Positions 60,451-64,000 of a stretch of DNA of 64,000 bases are shown in pieces. Source of the stretch: Candidatus Magasanikiibacteriota bacterium (GTDB lineage Bacteria > Patescibacteriota > Patescibacteriia > Magasanikbacterales > UBA922); NCBI GenBank assembly GCA_016207245.1, contig JACQQA010000009.1:9165-73164 (forward strand), read 5' to 3'. Position numbers and translations under genes: made by a program. Numbering within the stretch: the stretch's first letter is position 1; each line of letters begins with the position of its first letter. The notes under the pieces were generated by a model. It ran no database searches. It saw nothing but the letters and a program-made list of their open reading frames with translations, and was not told the DNA's origin.

Positions 60451-61290
60451 ATGAAAAAATCTTCAATAGTGAAAAAAGGTGTCATCCTCGCCGCGGGTTT
60501 GGGAACACGTTTTTTGCCAATCACCAAGTCCGTTCCCAAGGAAATGCTGCCGGTTTTGAATAAGCCGGTTTTGCAGTATATCGTGGAAGAAATGGCGGAC
60601 AGCGGGATTAAAAATATTACCATCGTCATCAGCCGCGAGAAGCAGGCGATCAAACATTATTTCACTCGCGATTTGAGATTTGAAAAAGAATTAAAAAAAT
60701 GCGGGAAGTATGATAGAATAGAGGGGCTGGTAGATTTGTTTAAAAAAGTTAAATTCAGTTTCGTGTATCAGGAAAGACCGTTGGGAAACGGTCACGCATT
60801 GCTGATGGCGCGCGGGTTAATTGGAAAAGATCCATTTGTCTGTTCCGATGCCGACAGTATTATCAGCGGCAAGATACCGGCGGTTAAACAATTATTGGAA
60901 GTGCATAATCAAACTTCGGCATCGGTGATCGGCGTGCAAAAAATTACTGACAAAAACATGATGACAAAATATGGCAATGTGTATGGAGAGCGAACTGCGG
61001 ACAAGCGGATTTATAAAGTAAAAGAATTTGTTGAAAAGCCGACGCTGGACGCGGTAACGCCGCTGGGACTGATTGTCGGCGGAATGCGGTATGTTTTTAC
61101 CGCGGACATCTGGCCGATTTTATTAAAACAAAAAAAGGGGCGGAGCGGGGAAATCTGGCTGGCGGAAGCGGCCAACACATTGGCGCGCCAAAAAGATTTT
61201 TTTGCTTACGAGTATGAGGGAAAATATTTAGACACCGGCAATCAGGACGCTCTATTAGACGCCGCGTCGTTTTTCAAGAACAAGTTATAG
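60451..61290 (+). CDS. galU: UTP-glucose-1-phosphate uridylyltransferase
   Basis: GVILAAGLGTRFLPITKSVPKEMLPV. Confidence 0.93.
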   Translation: MKKSSIVKKGVILAAGLGTRFLPITKSVPKEMLPVLNKPVLQYIVEEMADSGIKNITIVISREKQAIKHYFTRDLRFEKELKKCGKYDRIEGLVDLFKKVKFSFVYQERPLGNGHALLMARGLIGKDPFVCSDADSIISGKIPAVKQLLEVHNQTSASVIGVQKITDKNMMTKYGNVYGERTADKRIYKVKEFVEKPTLDAVTPLGLIVGGMRYVFTADIWPILLKQKKGRSGEIWLAEAANTLARQKDFFAYEYEGKYLDTGNQDALLDAASFFKNKL

Positions 61291-61310
61291 GCGATTGTTC
61301 GAACACACCC

Positions 61311-61372
61311 CCTGCCCCTCTCCGAGAGGGGAGGTTGCGAGTTCCCTCCTCAGAGGAAGGCGAGGGAGGTGT
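61311..61372. repeat. G/C-rich hairpin element (CCCCTC-TCCGA-GAGGGG type)
   Basis: Same CCCCTC/GAGGGG style as the hairpins flanking the DUF559 gene. Confidence 0.5.
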
Positions 61373-61391
61373 TCGGGTGAACACGAGAAGT

Positions 61392-62111
61392 ATGAAACAC
61401 AAGAACATTTTACTTTCATTACCATTCATATTTTCAGCATTTGGTTTTTTGTTTTTTAAGGCGGATTTCGCGTTTGGGGCGGACGGTATGTGCACCTGCG
61501 ACATTGTCCATACGGACACCGGGGAAAAAGAAACAGACGACGTGAGCGATAAGTCGCAAGCAGTGTGCTATGCGCTGGAGGGGACAGCGCCTTTTGAGAA
61601 TCAGCTTTATAAAAACTGCCTTTGGCAGGATACCGGCGGAACCTGCCAATGCAAAGTTAAAAACACACTGAACCAAGAAATAACTTTTGAAAAGATTGAC
61701 GGTATTGGGACAGAAGAGAAATGCAAGAATTTAGTAACGGAGACATCTGGTGGAGAAACAGATGTTTTAGTAAATGAAAGCTGTGAGTGGGTGGGGGGGG
61801 CGGCGCCACAACCAATTACTACCGAAGGATCCGAATCAGCTATTGATCTGCCTTCGGTCGCGGGTTTAAACAAACTAAAAAATACCGACGTAAAAGCCGT
61901 GTTTGGCAATATTATTTCTGTCGCCATGGGATTGCTGGGAAGTATCGCTTTGGCATTGTTCGCCTACGCCGGCGTGCTCTGGATGCTGGCCGGCGGCAAC
62001 GCCGAAAGGTCAACGCAAGCAAAAAATATTGTGGTCTGGGCGACGCTGGGTCTGTTTGTTATTTTCGCGAGTTATACTATAGTGAGTTTTATATTTAGCG
62101 CGGTAGAGTGA
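61392..62111 (+). CDS. Secreted Cys-rich protein with a C-terminal two-TM T4SS-pilin-like (TrbC/VirB2-style) segment
   Basis: Signal peptide MKHKNILLSLPFIFSAFG. The C-terminus GLLGSIALALFAYAGVLWMLAGGNAERSTQAKNIVVWATLGLFVIFASY resembles the T4SS_pilin family. Confidence 0.6.
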   Translation: MKHKNILLSLPFIFSAFGFLFFKADFAFGADGMCTCDIVHTDTGEKETDDVSDKSQAVCYALEGTAPFENQLYKNCLWQDTGGTCQCKVKNTLNQEITFEKIDGIGTEEKCKNLVTETSGGETDVLVNESCEWVGGAAPQPITTEGSESAIDLPSVAGLNKLKNTDVKAVFGNIISVAMGLLGSIALALFAYAGVLWMLAGGNAERSTQAKNIVVWATLGLFVIFASYTIVSFIFSAVE

Positions 62112-62112
62112 T

Positions 62113-62236
62113 AATACAGAACACATAACACAATTAACAAAACACACACGATTCAAAACACATAACCCAATAAACATAACACAACAAACCCAATCGCCAA
62201 TCCACTGTGTTCTGTTATCTGCATTCTGTATTCTGC
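62113..62236. repeat. P1 element, degenerate left arm and intact right arm
   Basis: Right arm tgtgttctgttatctgcattctgtattctg, core caatcgccaatcc (beta type). The left side has decayed to a CA-rich tract. Confidence 0.6.
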
Positions 62237-62242
62237 AAAACT

Positions 62243-63619
62243 ATGAAGCACAAAAAAATTATTTCCGTTGCAATACTATCTTTAGCTCTGCTAACTCTCG
62301 GTTTCGGCTGCAAGGGTCTTTCCGCCGAGCAAGCCGCCGCGGTCAAGCCGGTCAAGTTGAATTATTGGACGGTTTATAACGACTTGGATCAGCTTGAAGC
62401 GTTCAAAAAAGAATACGAGGCAAAGCGGCCGTATGTGAAAATAAATATCCGCAAAGTGCGCGGGGAAGAGCTTGAGCAATTATTATTGCGCGCGCTGGCC
62501 GACGATGTTCCGCCGGATATTATTTCCGTGAGTCCGCGCGACTTGCGGCGCTATGCCTCCTGGCTCGCGCCAATGCCGGCGAGCGTGAAAGTCGCGAATG
62601 TTTACATCAAGAGCCAATACACCAAAGAACAGGTCGTTACTATTGAAGAGAACAAAATGCCGTCGGTGAGCGCGGTGAAATCAAATTTTGTCAGCGCGGT
62701 TTATGATGACGCGGTGATTGACGGAAAAATTTACGGCCTTCCTTTGGCGTTTGATACCATGGCCATATACTATAACAAAGAACTGTTGGACAAGTCCGGA
62801 GTCGCGGAAACGCCGAAAACCTGGGATGAATTTATGGCCGCGGTTAAGCTCGGTACGCGATTTAATGAAAAGGGCGATATTGTTCAATCCGGCGTTGCTT
62901 TGGGCACCGGAAATAATATTGATCGCGCGTTTGATGTTCTTTCTTTGTTTATGCTGCAAAGCGGAGCCAAGATGGCGCAAGGCAATTCAGTTAGTTTTGC
63001 CAACGGTTTGACCCCGGGCAAGCCGAACCACCCCGCATTAGTCGCTCTCCGTTTTTACACTGATTTTGCTCGGCCCACCAAAGAAGTTTACAGCTGGAAT
63101 GAAACCATGAAAGACGCATTGGAAAATTTCGCATCCGGCAAAAGCGTATTTTATTTCGGCTTTGCTTATGACTATCCGCTCATCAAAGCTCGCGCTCCGC
63201 AAATGGATTTGGAAATTATGCCGATGCCGCAGTTGAACGAGGCCGCGCCGGTGAATGTGGCGAATTATTGGTTGGAAACAGTTATTAAAAAATCTAAACA
63301 TCCGGATGAGGCCTGGGACTTTGTCCGTTTTATGACCACGCCGGATAATATAAAGAAATACACTGACGCGACCAAACGGCCGACCCCTTTGCGTTCGCAA
63401 ATTAAAGACCAGGAAGCGGATGAGATGCTGAAGTCGTTTGTCAGCACGATTTTGCAGGCGGAGAATTGGTATAGAGGTAGAAACAAAGAAGCGGCCGCGA
63501 AAGTGTTTGCGGAAATGCTGCACAATAGTTTACAGCCATCCGGCTCCGCTAAGAGCGAGAATCAAAAAGACGTTCAATTATTAACCAACGCGGCGAAGTT
63601 AATTCAACAGACGATGTAG
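62243..63619 (+). CDS. ABC transporter substrate-binding lipoprotein (family-1 sugar-type SBP)
   Basis: Lipobox LTLGFGC. SBP_bac_1-like sequence (LNYWTVYND..., YNKELLDKSGV). Confidence 0.8.
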   Translation: MKHKKIISVAILSLALLTLGFGCKGLSAEQAAAVKPVKLNYWTVYNDLDQLEAFKKEYEAKRPYVKINIRKVRGEELEQLLLRALADDVPPDIISVSPRDLRRYASWLAPMPASVKVANVYIKSQYTKEQVVTIEENKMPSVSAVKSNFVSAVYDDAVIDGKIYGLPLAFDTMAIYYNKELLDKSGVAETPKTWDEFMAAVKLGTRFNEKGDIVQSGVALGTGNNIDRAFDVLSLFMLQSGAKMAQGNSVSFANGLTPGKPNHPALVALRFYTDFARPTKEVYSWNETMKDALENFASGKSVFYFGFAYDYPLIKARAPQMDLEIMPMPQLNEAAPVNVANYWLETVIKKSKHPDEAWDFVRFMTTPDNIKKYTDATKRPTPLRSQIKDQEADEMLKSFVSTILQAENWYRGRNKEAAAKVFAEMLHNSLQPSGSAKSENQKDVQLLTNAAKLIQQTM

Positions 63620-63628
63620 GTATATTGA

Positions 63629-64000
63629 TATGGGGAATAGTATAAAATATTTTGTCATTATCAGCATCAGCGCTGGTTTTGCTGGTATATTGGCATACGC
63701 GCAAAGTGTGCAAGCATCGGAAAATGCGGCGTTTTTAACCTATTATAACAAGTGTTCTTGTAAATATTCTCAACAAACTTCAGGTGGCGGGTGTTATTAT
63801 AGCGAGGAGGAATTGGAGATTGGTTTGGGGGAAACTCAGGATATAACATTTCAAGGAAATGATGAGAGCATTAAATTTTCAAAAGCTGAAGACTGTGAAG
63901 ATTTGTTGCAGTTTGCGGTTGATCAAAAGAAAGTTTGCGTTACCGCCACCACGCCCAAATGCCAGCTGTATCATGCCGTAACATACACAGATACCAACGG
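63629..64000 (+). CDS. Secreted Cys-rich protein, partial (runs off the window end)
   Basis: Own translation: MGNSIKYFVIISISAGFAGILAYAQSVQA SENAAFLTYYNKCSCKYSQQTSGGGCYY... Resembles the N-terminal domain of the 61392 protein. Confidence 0.55.

Noticed and set aside
56042-62236. CRISPR array, suggested by repeated ~30-nt CAGAATGCAGATAACAGAATGCA units.
   Set aside because: The units occur as inverted pairs with conserved cores and are separated by whole genes. There is no regular repeat-spacer periodicity, no cas genes and no leader.

Overview
AT-rich bacterial chromosome segment with almost no Shine-Dalgarno sequences. Gene content (TrmB paralogs, pseudopilins, T4SS-pilin-like proteins, many small redox membrane proteins) suggests a Patescibacteria/CPR-like organism, which is an inference. 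It spans the replication-origin neighbourhood, with rpmH-rnpA-yidD on the minus strand and dnaA-dnaN on the plus strand. Housekeeping genes include recA, ftsK, ychF, lspA, hppA, a class A PBP, comM/yifB, rmuC, polA, holA, rpsT, tig and galU. Positions 1-12,887 form one minus-strand cluster of 20 genes for copper and thiol-redox envelope functions: a BlaI/CopY-like repressor, an M56 sensor, Cys-rich membrane proteins, DUF1573 x2, CcdA/DsbD x2, a redoxin, YibE/F, SHOCT, a cupredoxin and CopA. A second small redox cluster (VKOR, DoxX, cupredoxin-like) lies at 22.3-24.9 kb. There are three toxin-antitoxin pairs (HEPN/MNT, RelE-like, Doc/HTH), five tRNAs, three pseudopilin genes and a T4SS-pilin-like gene. 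I saw no rRNA, CRISPR array, transposase or integrase. Main hunt results: (1) an ORF-free ~470-nt structured RNA gene of unknown class with its own consensus promoter (35.19-35.70 kb). (2) Six GC-rich single-gene islands with strong SD sites, mostly with backbone-style promoters and hairpin ends, including a Cys-rich 67-aa peptide. (3) Families of 7-8-nt-period repeats forming 100-160-bp palindromic elements in most pilin-region intergenic gaps. The same kind of heptamer sits inside ychF and polA, and a 14-nt (2x7) copy splits polA into two frames. (4) Partial duplications of tRNA gene ends bracketing GC-hairpin inserts. (5) Two adjacent membrane proteins sharing a C-terminal DAPxMVGGC tail. 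(6) Perfect DnaA boxes next to promoters far from dnaA. All calls come from reading the sequence and ORF translations; no database search was run.
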